From Candidatus Cloacimonadales bacterium (GTDB lineage: Bacteria; Cloacimonadota; Cloacimonadia; Cloacimonadales; JAFGVF01): a DNA stretch of 64,000 nt. A program made the translations under genes and the position numbers. Positions 9,135 through 20,069 of the stretch are shown in pieces (within the stretch, counting starts at the first letter, position 1; every line of letters begins with the position of its first letter). The notes beneath the pieces were generated by a model. The model worked only from the letters and a program-made list of their open reading frames with translations. It did no database searches and was not told the origin of the DNA. The stretch lies in assembly GCA_963662585.1 (NCBI GenBank), contig OY759729.1, positions 1,472,001 through 1,536,000 on the forward strand, written 5' to 3'.

Positions 9135-9827
9135 ATGCGAATAAGTGGATTCCAGAAATTTTCAATGATAGATTATAATGATAAACTTTGTGCTGTAGTA
9201 TTTACTCAAGCTTGCAACTTGCGGTGTCCTTACTGCCATAATCCTGATTTAGTTGCCATGTTAAGTGGAGCATCATTGATTGCTCAAGAGGAAATTTTAG
9301 AATTTCTTAAAGGAAGAGTTGGTAAACTAGATGCGATAGTAATTACTGGTGGAGAGCCTTTATTACAGAAGAACTTAATTCCTTTTTTACGGGAGTTGAA
9401 GAACTTAGGCTTTTTAATAAAGCTAGACACTAATGGTTTATTGCATCATACATTAGAAAAAGTTATCGAAAGTGGCTTAGTAGATTATATAGCTATGGAT
9501 ATAAAAACATCATTAGAAGAATACGAAAAAGTGGTAAAAGTCCAAGTTCCAATTGAAAGTTTAATCAAGAGTATTAATTTGATTAAGCAATCAGGAATTG
9601 ATCATGAGTTTCGCACAACTCTTGTGGAAGGATTAATAACAGAAAATAATATTTATGATATAGGAGAAAATTTAATTGGGAACAGTACTTATTATCTGCA
9701 AAACTTTGTTAGCTCTCACCATTTAGATGATTCTTATGTTAATGAAATTGGCTTTAGTAAAGAAAAATTAGAGAGAATTCTTTCTAATCTATCCCAAAAA
9801 GGTGTTAAGATAAAATTAAGAGGATGA
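9135..9827 (+). CDS. nrdG: Anaerobic ribonucleoside-triphosphate reductase activating protein (radical SAM, NrdG-like)
   Basis: CNLRCPYCHN, ITGGEP, KLDTNG, DYIAMDIK, EFRTT. Start moved to the ATG at 9135 after GGAGG. Confidence 0.8.
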   Translation: MRISGFQKFSMIDYNDKLCAVVFTQACNLRCPYCHNPDLVAMLSGASLIAQEEILEFLKGRVGKLDAIVITGGEPLLQKNLIPFLRELKNLGFLIKLDTNGLLHHTLEKVIESGLVDYIAMDIKTSLEEYEKVVKVQVPIESLIKSINLIKQSGIDHEFRTTLVEGLITENNIYDIGENLIGNSTYYLQNFVSSHHLDDSYVNEIGFSKEKLERILSNLSQKGVKIKLRG

Positions 9828-9831
9828 AAAA

Positions 9832-10131
9832 ATGAATCATTTATCCCAGACAATTATAGAGATAATTAAGAATATACCTGAAGGAAAAGTACTTACTTAC
9901 GGAGAAATAGCCTATAGAGCGGGAAGTCCTAAAGCTGCTAGATTAGTTAGTAATCTACTGCACAGCTCTTCTGATAAATATTCCTTACCTTGGCATAGAG
10001 TAATTAATTCTCAAGGGAAAATATCGCTAACTGGACTGGCAGGAGAAGAGCAAAAACAGATGTTGTTAGCTGAGGGAGTTAAAATAAAAAATGGTAAGAT
10101 TGATTTAGCAACTTATCTTTTTTTAGGGTGA
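9832..10131 (+). CDS. Alkyltransferase-like (ATL/YbaZ, MGMT family) DNA-damage-binding protein
   Basis: IPEGKVLTYGEIA..AARLV; PWHRV with Trp in place of the catalytic Cys of PCHRV. Confidence 0.85.
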   Translation: MNHLSQTIIEIIKNIPEGKVLTYGEIAYRAGSPKAARLVSNLLHSSSDKYSLPWHRVINSQGKISLTGLAGEEQKQMLLAEGVKIKNGKIDLATYLFLG

Positions 10132-10140
10132 GTAAGGAAA

Positions 10141-10910
10141 CACCCTTTATCCCCCTCATAGATGGGGATTTAAGATTCACGGACTAAAGGTCCGTAACCC
10201 CAGTTAATAGAAGCAGGGGCCTATGGACTGGGGACCTCCGTGTCGCCAGAAAAGATAAGAGCAGGCTGAATACAGCCTGATGGAAGCAGGGACGCTTCCA
10301 TTCCATAATTTAAGATTCACGGACTAAAGGTCGGTAACCCCAGTTAATGGAAGCAGGGGCCTATGGACTGGGGACCTCCGTGTCGCCAGAAAAGATAAGA
10401 GCAGGCTGAATACAGCCTGATGGAAGCAGGGACGCTTCCATTCCATAATTTAAGATTCACGGACTAAAGGTCCGTAACCCCAGTTAATGGAAGCAGAGGC
10501 CTATGGACTGGGGACCTCCGTGTCGCCAGAAAAGATAAGAGCAGGCTGAATACAGCCTGATGGAAGCAGGGACGCTTCCATTCCATTGAAGAAAACACCC
10601 CCTGTGTCCCCCTCACGGAGGGGGATTTAAGATTCACGGACTAAAGGTCCGTAACCACAGTTAATGGAAGCAGGGGCCTATGGACTGGTGACCTCCGTGT
10701 CGCCAGAAAAGATAAGAGCAGGCTGAATACAGCCTGATGGAAGCAGGGACGCTTCCATTCCATAATTTAAGATTCACGGACTAAAGGTCCGTAACCCCAG
10801 TTAATGGAAACAGAGACGCTTCCACTCCATAGAGGAAAACACCCCCTGTGTCCCCTCACGGAAGGGGATTTAAAACACCCCCTTTATCCCACTCGCGGAT
10901 GGGATTTGAG
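10141..10910. repeat. Tandem array of 140-bp composite palindromic units
   Basis: taagattcacggac starts at 10171, 10311, 10451, 10628, 10768; near-identical units with no unique spacers. Confidence 0.95.
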
Positions 10911-11101
10911 AATAAAGCAGATTATATTTATGTTATTTCTGGCAAGACTAATTATTAATTATTACTTCGTAAAGCCAAAGATAACAATATTTTAATTATG
11001 TTCACACTCATAGCATACCCAACTAAACTCAAAGTTTAATCTTGACATAATTTGCAGTTTTTTACAATAACACTGAAAAAAAATATTAACAAAGGATTAT
11101 T

Positions 11102-12850
11102 ATGGGACCATTCAAACATGTTATAAAATATGTTAAAAAAAGTATTCCCCGCATTTTATTGGGATTTGTAGTACTTTTAGTCGTAGATATTATTCAATTA
11201 GTTATCCCAATCCTGACTAAAAATGCCATTGACAGAATCCAGACTCAGACAATATTGAAGTCAGGATTAATTGTTATCGCTGCCCAGATATTAGGGTTAA
11301 CAGTTGGTATAATGGTCATGAGGTTCTTTTGGAGAATCCTCATTATAGGGAATTCATTTATCATTGAGAAATTAATAAGACATCAGTTTTATGAACACTT
11401 AATGAGATTATCTCAAAACTTCTTCAATCGCCATAAAATAGGTGATTTAATGGCTCATGCTACCAATGATTTGAATGCTGTGAGAATGATGTTTGGTTTT
11501 GGACTAATCGCCGGATTTGATATAATCGTAATGACGATTGCTTCCTTAAGCTTTATGATTGGAATCAATCTCCGTCTTACTCTTTATGCAATTCTCCCTA
11601 TGCCAATAATCACGATTAGTATTCTATATTTTGGAAAAAGATTGCAAAGAAGATTTCGCAATGTTCAAGAATCTTTCTCTAATATGTCAGGAACCATCCA
11701 AGAAAGTATTTCTGGAATCAGAGTGGTTAAAGCCTTTGTTCAAGAAAATCAAGAATTAGAAAAGGTAAAAGATACATCAAAAGATTATGTTCAAAAGAAC
11801 ATTTCTATGGCTATTTTAGATGGTATTTTCCATCCATTTATGGGATTTATTATTAGCATTTCAATGTTGATCACCTTAATATTAGGCGGTCAGTTAGCTA
11901 TTCAAGGGACTATTTCTATTGGTGATTTCTATGCCTTTAACTCTTATCTAGGAATGCTAATATGGCCAATGATGGCTATTGGTATGGTTGTTAATCATTA
12001 CCAACGCGGTACTGCATCTTTAAAAAGATTGAATGTTATATTTGATTCTGAACCACAAATTTCAGATGCAGATGCTGACCATTCCATAAAAGAAGTAAAG
12101 GGAAAGATTGAAATAAAGAACTTGAACTTTGTTTATCCTGACTCAACAGCTACAATATTTGAAAATATAAGTACGACAATTGATATCGGAAAAACTTTAG
12201 CAATAGTAGGTAAGACAGGTTGTGGAAAATCTACCTTAATAGATTTAATTACTAGAGTCTATAATCCACCTATAAATAGCATCTTAATAGATGGAAATGA
12301 TGTTCATAAACTTCCTTTAGAGGTTCTTCATAGAGATATCGTAATGGTTCCTCAAGATATTTTCTTATTCTCAGAAACCTTAGCTAATAACATTGCTTTA
12401 GGAAGGCCAGACGCTACTCGAGAAGAGATAGCTGAAGCAACTAAATTAGCGCAAGTCTATGATGACATCATGGATTTTGAGCATAAATTTGATACTATTG
12501 TTGGTGAAAGAGGAACTACTTTATCTGGAGGACAGAAGCAGAGAGTTGCTATAGCTCGTGCTCTCTTATGCAATCCAAGCGTCTTAATCTTAGATGATGC
12601 ACTTTCCGCTGTTGATACTTTAACAGAAAAGAATATTCTTAATCATCTTATTGAATATCGTCAAAATAAAACAACTATTATTATTTCTCATAGAATTTCT
12701 TCTGTTAGTCATGCAGATAAAATTATCGTGATTGAAGATGGCAAGATAGTTGAGAGTGGAAATCATAATCAGTTGTTAGCTGCAAATGGAATCTATAAAG
12801 ATTTAGATGATAAGCAGAAAATTGAAGAGCGTTTAGAAGGAGAATTTTAA
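11102..12850 (+). CDS. ABC exporter ATP-binding/permease subunit (MdlA-like)
   Basis: TMD plus GKTGCGKST, LSGGQKQR, ILDDA. Confidence 0.9.
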   Translation: MGPFKHVIKYVKKSIPRILLGFVVLLVVDIIQLVIPILTKNAIDRIQTQTILKSGLIVIAAQILGLTVGIMVMRFFWRILIIGNSFIIEKLIRHQFYEHLMRLSQNFFNRHKIGDLMAHATNDLNAVRMMFGFGLIAGFDIIVMTIASLSFMIGINLRLTLYAILPMPIITISILYFGKRLQRRFRNVQESFSNMSGTIQESISGIRVVKAFVQENQELEKVKDTSKDYVQKNISMAILDGIFHPFMGFIISISMLITLILGGQLAIQGTISIGDFYAFNSYLGMLIWPMMAIGMVVNHYQRGTASLKRLNVIFDSEPQISDADADHSIKEVKGKIEIKNLNFVYPDSTATIFENISTTIDIGKTLAIVGKTGCGKSTLIDLITRVYNPPINSILIDGNDVHKLPLEVLHRDIVMVPQDIFLFSETLANNIALGRPDATREEIAEATKLAQVYDDIMDFEHKFDTIVGERGTTLSGGQKQRVAIARALLCNPSVLILDDALSAVDTLTEKNILNHLIEYRQNKTTIIISHRISSVSHADKIIVIEDGKIVESGNHNQLLAANGIYKDLDDKQKIEERLEGEF

Positions 12851-14988
12851 TGCGAAATGCAGGCATGGATTTTGATGAAATAAAGAAAAATATATTAGAT
12901 AGAAGACTAATAGCTAATCTATTGAAGTATTTGAAGCCATATCTCTGGATGGTTATATTATCGCTTTTTGTACTTTTTGTAATTGCTGGTATAGAACTAG
13001 TATTGCCCTTAATTACGAAATCTGCTTTAGATGATTTCATAATTCCTAATAAACAGATTTATATTACTAACTCTCAAGAAAACAAAGAGCAACTAGAGAA
13101 TTTATTAGCTCAAGATAGCTATTTCATAAGTAGTTATAATGAGAGTAAAGCCTTCATTATCGATAGTCAAGCTGTTAAAAAAGCAGAAAGATTATATCCT
13201 GAGCAAATGTCTCAATATAAAATCAATGCTGAGCTATTCTATGTAATTCCTTATAATGAAAGAAATAACCAAATTATCAAGGACAATAATCTAGAGGAAA
13301 CTCTTACTCAGATATCCAATGAGTATCTTGCTCTGCCCTACTCAGCAGTTAAAAATCTGTCAGCTAGAGATATCTTAAACCTAAATAAGCAGATAGATTA
13401 TAATCTTTTAGGAAAAAAGAACATTGTTATTAACTTCTGGATATTAGGGATTATATATTTATCTTTCATAAGTTTAAGATTTATTTTTCAGTTCTTACAA
13501 ACTTATATGACTCGCTTCTTCTCACAACATGCAATGAATGATCTTAGAACAGATTTGTATCAACATCTACAAAAAATGCCGACATCTTTCTTTGATAAGA
13601 ATCCAGTTGGTAGACTAGTTACTAGAGTTACTAACGATATTCGTTCTATTGATGAGATGCTAGCGGCAGGAGTGATTACCATTGTTCAAGATGTCATTAT
13701 GATCGTTATAATAGTAACAATCATGCTTTCTCTAAACTGGAAACTAGCTCTAATAAGTTTTATTACTATTCCCTTTGTGATTTTGATAATTACTATTTTC
13801 AAGAGAAAGACTAGGAAGATTTATCGAGTGGTAAGAAAGAAATTAGCAGCTCTAAATACTACTCTTGCTGAACATATGTCTGGTGTGAAGATTATCAATC
13901 TTTTTAATCAAAGAGAAATTAAATTAGCCTATTTTGATAAGCTTAATCAAGAATACTTCGAGACTAACTATTCCCAATTGAAACTCTTTGCTTTCTTTAG
14001 ACCTATGATTCATGTTATGTCTCAGATATCAGTTGCTCTCATACTCTGGTATGGTGGTGGGCAAATCTTAGATGGTATCATCACTATCGGTACCTTTACT
14101 GCCTTCACTTTCTATGTTACTAGACTTTTCCAACCAATTAATGACTTTAGTGAGAAGTTTAACATCTTACAAGGTGCTATGGCTGGAGCAGAAAGAATCT
14201 TTGATTTGATGGAAACTGACCAAGATGATTATAGAGAAGAATTAACCATGAATAAAATATTTGATGGTAAAATTGAGTTTCGTAATGTTTGGCTAGCTTA
14301 TAATCCTGATGAATGGGTCTTAAAAGATGTATCTTTCACTATTAATCCAGGAGAAAAAGTTGCTTTAGTAGGTCATACCGGCTCAGGAAAAACTTCTATC
14401 GTTAATCTTATTTTAGGAATGTACCCTTATCAAAAGGGAGAGATACTTATTGATAATAAACCACTAACAGCCTATTCATTACAGGATATCAGGCATAATA
14501 TCGGGATTGTTCAACAAGATGTTTTCCTCTTCTCAGGAAATATTAAGGATAATATCCTTCTCAATAATGAGAATTTAAACGATGAGAGAATGGTTGAAGT
14601 CGCAAAACATGTTAATGTTGATAAATTTATTCAATCACTGCCAGGTAAATATTATGAGCCTGTTATGGAAAGAGGTTCTACCTTCTCTGTAGGACAAAGA
14701 CAACTAATAGCTTTTGCACGCGTTCTAGCTTATAACCCTTCTATCTTTATCCTAGATGAAGCAACTTCTAATATAGATACTGAAACAGAAATTCTTATTC
14801 AAGATGCTTTACAAAAAATAATGGAGAACCGAACTTCTATTATTATTGCCCATAGATTATCCACTATTCAACACTCAGATAGAATTATTGTCCTCCATAA
14901 AGGAAAAATAATTGAAGTGGGAAATCATCAAGAATTGCTACGCAAAGAAGGATTATATTATGATTTATATAGGCTTCAGTATAGTTAA
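12850..14988 (+). CDS. ABC exporter ATP-binding/permease subunit (MdlB-like) with a large loop after TM1
   Basis: GHTGSGKT, FSVGQRQ, ILDEA; coupled to the previous gene by TAATG overlap; degenerate/consensus heterodimer pattern. Confidence 0.9.
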   Translation: MRNAGMDFDEIKKNILDRRLIANLLKYLKPYLWMVILSLFVLFVIAGIELVLPLITKSALDDFIIPNKQIYITNSQENKEQLENLLAQDSYFISSYNESKAFIIDSQAVKKAERLYPEQMSQYKINAELFYVIPYNERNNQIIKDNNLEETLTQISNEYLALPYSAVKNLSARDILNLNKQIDYNLLGKKNIVINFWILGIIYLSFISLRFIFQFLQTYMTRFFSQHAMNDLRTDLYQHLQKMPTSFFDKNPVGRLVTRVTNDIRSIDEMLAAGVITIVQDVIMIVIIVTIMLSLNWKLALISFITIPFVILIITIFKRKTRKIYRVVRKKLAALNTTLAEHMSGVKIINLFNQREIKLAYFDKLNQEYFETNYSQLKLFAFFRPMIHVMSQISVALILWYGGGQILDGIITIGTFTAFTFYVTRLFQPINDFSEKFNILQGAMAGAERIFDLMETDQDDYREELTMNKIFDGKIEFRNVWLAYNPDEWVLKDVSFTINPGEKVALVGHTGSGKTSIVNLILGMYPYQKGEILIDNKPLTAYSLQDIRHNIGIVQQDVFLFSGNIKDNILLNNENLNDERMVEVAKHVNVDKFIQSLPGKYYEPVMERGSTFSVGQRQLIAFARVLAYNPSIFILDEATSNIDTETEILIQDALQKIMENRTSIIIAHRLSTIQHSDRIIVLHKGKIIEVGNHQELLRKEGLYYDLYRLQYS

Positions 14989-15137
14989 TCTAAGCTGCAT
15001 TTCAATATATAGATAGAGCATCTTAGCTGTTTATTATTGTAATTTTTAAAAAAAATGTAAAAAAAAGTTTGACATTTGACTAAAGGCGTGTAAGTTGCCT
15101 TAATAGATAAGTAAAATATAAATTTCTGGGAGGAAAT

Positions 15138-17873
15138 ATGAAAAAGAACTTGTTATTTGTACTTGCTTTACTTTTATTAGTTAGTACATCTTTTGCTAAC
15201 TCTTTTAGAGTTACTGAAATGAGTGATTCACATAATTCAAGAGATAGTCGTTTTGAACAAATCTCTTGGATTGACGATTTTGAAGGTGAAAACAACTGGA
15301 CTATAGTTGATGAGACTGCAGCTCCACAAGAATGGCATAGCCACAATGAAGGTGGAACTTATGGTGATGTATGGTGGATGGGTGGAGACAATGGTGGTTA
15401 TATTGATAATCTCTATTTAGTTTTAGACACTCCTGCTATCCCTGTTACTGCAGGTAACTCAACTTTAACATTCGATTTAAACTATAATGTTGAAGCCCCT
15501 GGTGGAACTGGCGATTATAACGGTTGGGATGGTTCAAACATTCGTGTTTCTACTGACCAAGAAAACTGGACTGTTGTAGCTGGTACTCCTGCTTATAATT
15601 GTTCTTCAATGTATTCATTTGGCGATATCCACGGTGAAGGTCCTAATGTTCCAGGTTGGGGCGGATCTTCTAACGGTTGGGTAAACGCTTCTTTCGACCT
15701 TTCAGCTTATGCTGGTCAAACTATCTATGTAAGATTTGCTTTTGCTTCTGACCCTGCTTATAACACAGGTGATGATGAAGACATGTTTGGTATTAAAATT
15801 GATAATATAGCTCTTGGTTCATATACTAATGATGGTTCTGGTGACGATATGGTTGCTTCAAGTTTAGTTCCTCTAGGTGGAAACAATTGGTCTTTAGCTC
15901 AAGTAACTAACGCTTTCTCAGGTACTCATGTATATCAACTACAAAATGATGCAGGTTCTTATGATCCTAATCTTTTAAACGCAATTATTTCTCCAACAAT
16001 TACTCTTCCTACAGAAGGTGAAATTATTGCTAATTTCGAATTAATGGGTGCTTTTACTGATCCAAATGCTGGTGGAGCTGTTTCTGCTCTTGACTACTGG
16101 GGATTTGAAATTCAACTTGATGGATCAAACGCATGGCTTGCTATGTCAAATCCATATGCAGATCCTAATGGTAATAACTATATTTACTCTGATGCTCCAG
16201 ATGTTTGGATGCCAGTAATTGAAGCTTACACATTAGAAGGTAGACTTGACAACTATGCTGGTGAAGATGTAAGATTTAAGATTTACTTCCGTTCAGATGA
16301 TGATACTCCTGAAGGTTCAGGTATCATGGTTGATGACTTCAGAATTACTACTGAAGTATTCCTTGCTGAACCTTACAACTTACAAGCTGAAGTTAACGGT
16401 GAAGAAGTTCAATTAGATTGGGAACAACCATTACAAATGACTGAAACTGATTTCATGTGGACAAATGCTACATGGGCTAGTTTTGTTAGTGATGGACAAC
16501 CTTATGCAATCAGAGTAGATAATGATTCTGATTACGACAAACCACTTTCAAATATTGGTTTTGCTTTATATAATACAGGAGGTACCGTTACTGGTGCTGC
16601 TACTGTTTACGCATGGGAAAACAATGCAGGATTACCTGGTGCTGAATTAGCTTCTGTAGCTGGTGTTACTGGTATGGTTTCACAACAATGGATGAATGTA
16701 GATGTTATGGCAGAAACTATTGTTGTTCCTGCAAATGGTTCTATCTTTGTTGGTGTTGGTGGTTTTGATACTACTAACCAAGGTTTACTTTGTGATGTTA
16801 CTACAACAGTATCAAATTCATATGCTAACATTCAAGGCTCTTGGATGGTTTTAAATGAAGCTTACACAGGCGAAACACCTCCAATCAATGCTGGTATCAA
16901 AGCTACAATCATGGAAAATGACCCAACTCTTCCATCAGCTGATAGCTATAAAGTTTACCACTCAGAAGATGGAAACAACTATACTTTCTTAGCTGAAACT
17001 GTAGATACTGAATATCTTCATACTTCACCTGTTCTTGGTGCTCTTAATTATTATAAAGTTACTGCACTCTTCGGTATTAATGAATCTCAAGGTATCACTA
17101 CCACTGCATTCTTATTACCTGGTGGATTAACTGAAATTACTAATGACGACGGAACTGCTGAAGCTGCTGCTACTGCTAGTGTAAGTAATGTTATGGGTGC
17201 AAAATTCGTTCATACTCATCAAGCAACTCTTCAATATATCAAATTCTATATTGAAACTATGAATAGTGCTAATATGTTATACAGAATTTATAGTTCTGAA
17301 AATGGTATGCCTAATGAAAACCTTGCTACTGCTGTTATTCAAAATAGTGATTTAGTTGAAGGTTGGAACACTATCGAATTACAAACTGAATATCTCTTCG
17401 AAAATGGTCAGTTCTTCATTAGTTTTGTTAATGTTAATAACTCTCCATTAATCGGTTTAGATTCTGATAATGAAGGTAATTACTACTTATCAACTGATGC
17501 TGGTAATAGCTGGGCTCCACAAACTACTGGTAATCTTATGATTAGAGCTTTAGTTGTTAATGGTCCTGTTGATAATTACGATGAAGAAATTGCTCCTGTA
17601 GTTTCTAATGTTGGTAACTATCCAAACCCATTCAACCCTGAAACTACTATCAACTTCAACATGTCTAAAGCAGGAAAAGCTAATGTTTCTGTTTATAACC
17701 TTAAAGGTCAGTTAGTTAAAACTATCCTTAATGATAATGTTGCTGCTGGTAACCAATCAGTTGTTTGGAAAGGTACAGATGCACAAAATAATAGCGTTGC
17801 TTCTGGTGTTTACTTCTTTAGAGTAAAAACTAATAACCAAACTATCAACAAAAAAATGGTTCTTCAAAAATAA
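15138..17873 (+). CDS. Large secreted acidic multi-beta-sandwich protein with C-terminal FlgD-Ig/T9SS-A-like domain
   Basis: Signal peptide; repeated DLSAYAGQTI.VRF / DNYAGEDVRF jelly-roll-type motifs; FN3-like segment; NYPNPFNPETTI tail. Confidence 0.9.
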   Translation: MKKNLLFVLALLLLVSTSFANSFRVTEMSDSHNSRDSRFEQISWIDDFEGENNWTIVDETAAPQEWHSHNEGGTYGDVWWMGGDNGGYIDNLYLVLDTPAIPVTAGNSTLTFDLNYNVEAPGGTGDYNGWDGSNIRVSTDQENWTVVAGTPAYNCSSMYSFGDIHGEGPNVPGWGGSSNGWVNASFDLSAYAGQTIYVRFAFASDPAYNTGDDEDMFGIKIDNIALGSYTNDGSGDDMVASSLVPLGGNNWSLAQVTNAFSGTHVYQLQNDAGSYDPNLLNAIISPTITLPTEGEIIANFELMGAFTDPNAGGAVSALDYWGFEIQLDGSNAWLAMSNPYADPNGNNYIYSDAPDVWMPVIEAYTLEGRLDNYAGEDVRFKIYFRSDDDTPEGSGIMVDDFRITTEVFLAEPYNLQAEVNGEEVQLDWEQPLQMTETDFMWTNATWASFVSDGQPYAIRVDNDSDYDKPLSNIGFALYNTGGTVTGAATVYAWENNAGLPGAELASVAGVTGMVSQQWMNVDVMAETIVVPANGSIFVGVGGFDTTNQGLLCDVTTTVSNSYANIQGSWMVLNEAYTGETPPINAGIKATIMENDPTLPSADSYKVYHSEDGNNYTFLAETVDTEYLHTSPVLGALNYYKVTALFGINESQGITTTAFLLPGGLTEITNDDGTAEAAATASVSNVMGAKFVHTHQATLQYIKFYIETMNSANMLYRIYSSENGMPNENLATAVIQNSDLVEGWNTIELQTEYLFENGQFFISFVNVNNSPLIGLDSDNEGNYYLSTDAGNSWAPQTTGNLMIRALVVNGPVDNYDEEIAPVVSNVGNYPNPFNPETTINFNMSKAGKANVSVYNLKGQLVKTILNDNVAAGNQSVVWKGTDAQNNSVASGVYFFRVKTNNQTINKKMVLQK

Positions 17874-17892
17874 TTTGAACCTATAAATAATT

Positions 17893-17923
17893 AAAGAGGC
17901 TGAGAAATCAGCCTCTTTTTTTT
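17893..17923 (+). terminator. Intrinsic terminator
   Basis: aaagaggctga-gaaa-tcagcctcttttttt. Confidence 0.85.
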
Positions 17924-18081
17924 CGGAAAGAAACTAATAATCTGTTTCAAATTGTATTTTCAAGAGCTTTATCTGTCGGAATAGCCTAGCATGTCCCAAA
18001 TTGCTTAATAGCTGAGCATATCTAATTGAATTGCAGAGATAAGCTAGCGAAAGCTTACGACCGCACTAAGGTCTTTTTTTG

Positions 18082-18605
18082 GGCTCTTGTTCAAGTCTGG
18101 TGGAAAGATGAATGTATAACGAAACAGTTTAGTTAATATTGTAATGATTAAAATATCCCTAAAGGGGATTAGTAGATTAGCCTGGGGTAAGATCCTATAG
18201 GGATCGTCACCCCAGGTACAATATCCAAATTTAAGGTCATAACCCTGTAAGGGTTTAATCAAATTTATATAATAAATCTCTGGTATACATGCTTCTATGA
18301 AACCCTTACAGGGTTACACTTTTTTTATACATCACAACCCAGGGTTGCAATCCCTTGAGTCTTCGCTTAAAAGCTACGCCCTCACAAGTCAGGATTTTAC
18401 CCTGGGCTAACTTATTAATCCCCGCTGGGGATATAAGACTTATCCTTTGAGTCTTCGCTAAAGCTACGCCCTCACAAGTCAGGATTTAGTCTTATTTAGT
18501 ATAAAAACTTCTATTTCGTGTACAATATTACCAATAACTTACTGTAATACAATAATAAGGTGCAAGGAAATGCTTAATAATTTCCACCAGACTTGAACAA
18601 GAACC
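18082..18605. mobile_element. MITE-like non-autonomous element (524 bp)
   Basis: TIRs ggctcttgttcaagtctggtggaaa / tttccaccagacttgaacaagaacc (24/25 match), flanked by direct repeat tttttttg (18074-18081, 18606-18613); no transposase. Confidence 0.85.
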
Positions 18606-19635
18606 TTTTTTTGCTCCTTTCCAAGAGCTTCCTAATTGGAAATGTAGGCATAATTGCATGTTGGACCCTGGCGGGTCCAACTTCTTTTAGGGGTGGAGAA
18701 TCGATCTACAAAGCTTTCGCTCCTCTGGAGCTTGAAGAAAAAAAGGCAGGCTGAGAAATCAGCCTATTGGAAGCAAGGGTGTGTCCATTCCATAAAATTA
18801 ACTCCAGATAATATCCAATAAAAACATCAGCTAAGCTCCAGAGGAGCGGCACCTTTGTAGATAACATCCAACAAGAACATCAGCTAAGCTCCAGAGGAGC
18901 GACACCTTTGTAGATAACATCCAATAAGAACATCAGCTAAGCTCCAGAGGAGCGACACCTTTCTACAGAGAACTAGAACCGCTAAGGCATCAGTTCAAAA
19001 ATTTCTCTTTTCTTCTTCACAGTAGGATCATTTGCATGTTGTACCCTACCGGGTCCAACTTCTTTTAGGGGGGGGAGAATCGATCTACAAAGCTTTCGCT
19101 CCTCTGGAGCTTGAAGAAAAAAAGGCAGGCTGAGAAATCAGCCTATTGGAAGCAAGGGTGCGTCCATTCCATAAAATTAACTCCAGATAATATCCAATAA
19201 AAACATCAGCTAAGCTCCAGAGGAGCGACACCTTTGTAGATAACATCCAATAAGGACATTAGCTAAGCTCCAGAGGAGCGACACCTTTCTACAGAGCACT
19301 AGAACCGCTAAGGCATCAGTTTAAAAATTTCTCTTTTCTTCTTCACGTAGGATCATTTGCATGTTGGACCCTGGCTGGTCCAACTTTTTTTAGAGGTGGA
19401 GAATCGATCTACAAAGCTTTCGCTCCTCTGGAGCTTGAAGAAAAAAAGGCAGGCTGAGAAATGAGCCTCTTTTCTTTCGGAAAGAAACTAATAATCTGTT
19501 TCAAATTGTATTTTCAAGAGCTTTATCTGTCGGAATAGCCTAGTAAGTCCCAAATTGCTTAATAGCTGAGCATATCTAATTGAATTGCAGAGATAAGCTA
19601 GCGAAAGCTTACGACCGCACTAAGGTCTTTTTTTG

Positions 19636-20069
19636 GGCTCTTGTTCAAGTCTGGTGGAAAGATGAATGTATAACGAAACAGTTTAGTTAATATTGTAATG
19701 ATTAAAATATCCCTAAAGGGGATTAGTAGATTAGCCTGGGGTAAGATCCTATAGGGATCGTCACCCCAGGTACAATATCCAAATTTAAGGTCATAACCCT
19801 GTAAGGGTTTAATCAAATTTATATAATAAATCTCTGGTATACATGCTTCTATGAAACCCTTACAGGGTTACACTTTTTTTATACATCACAACCCAGGGTT
19901 GCAATCCCTTGAGTCTTCGCTTAAAAGCTACGCCCTCACAAGTCAGGATTTAGTCTTATTTAGTATAAAAACTTCTATTTCGTGTACAATATTACCAATA
20001 ACTTACTGTAATACAATAATAAGGTGCAAGGAAATGCTTAATAATTTCCACCAGACTTGAACAAGAACC
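19636..20069. mobile_element. MITE copy 2 (434 bp; 90 bp shorter internally)
   Basis: Same TIRs and flanks as copy 1; the missing segment lies between the two ctacgccctcacaagtcaggatt repeats. Confidence 0.85.

Noticed and set aside
10141..10910. CRISPR array
   Set aside because: Whole 140-bp units are near-identical, with no unique spacers and no cas genes.
18808..19290. CRISPR-like 53-bp periodicity
   Set aside because: The sequence between palindromes is also repeated, so this is a REP-type tandem repeat.
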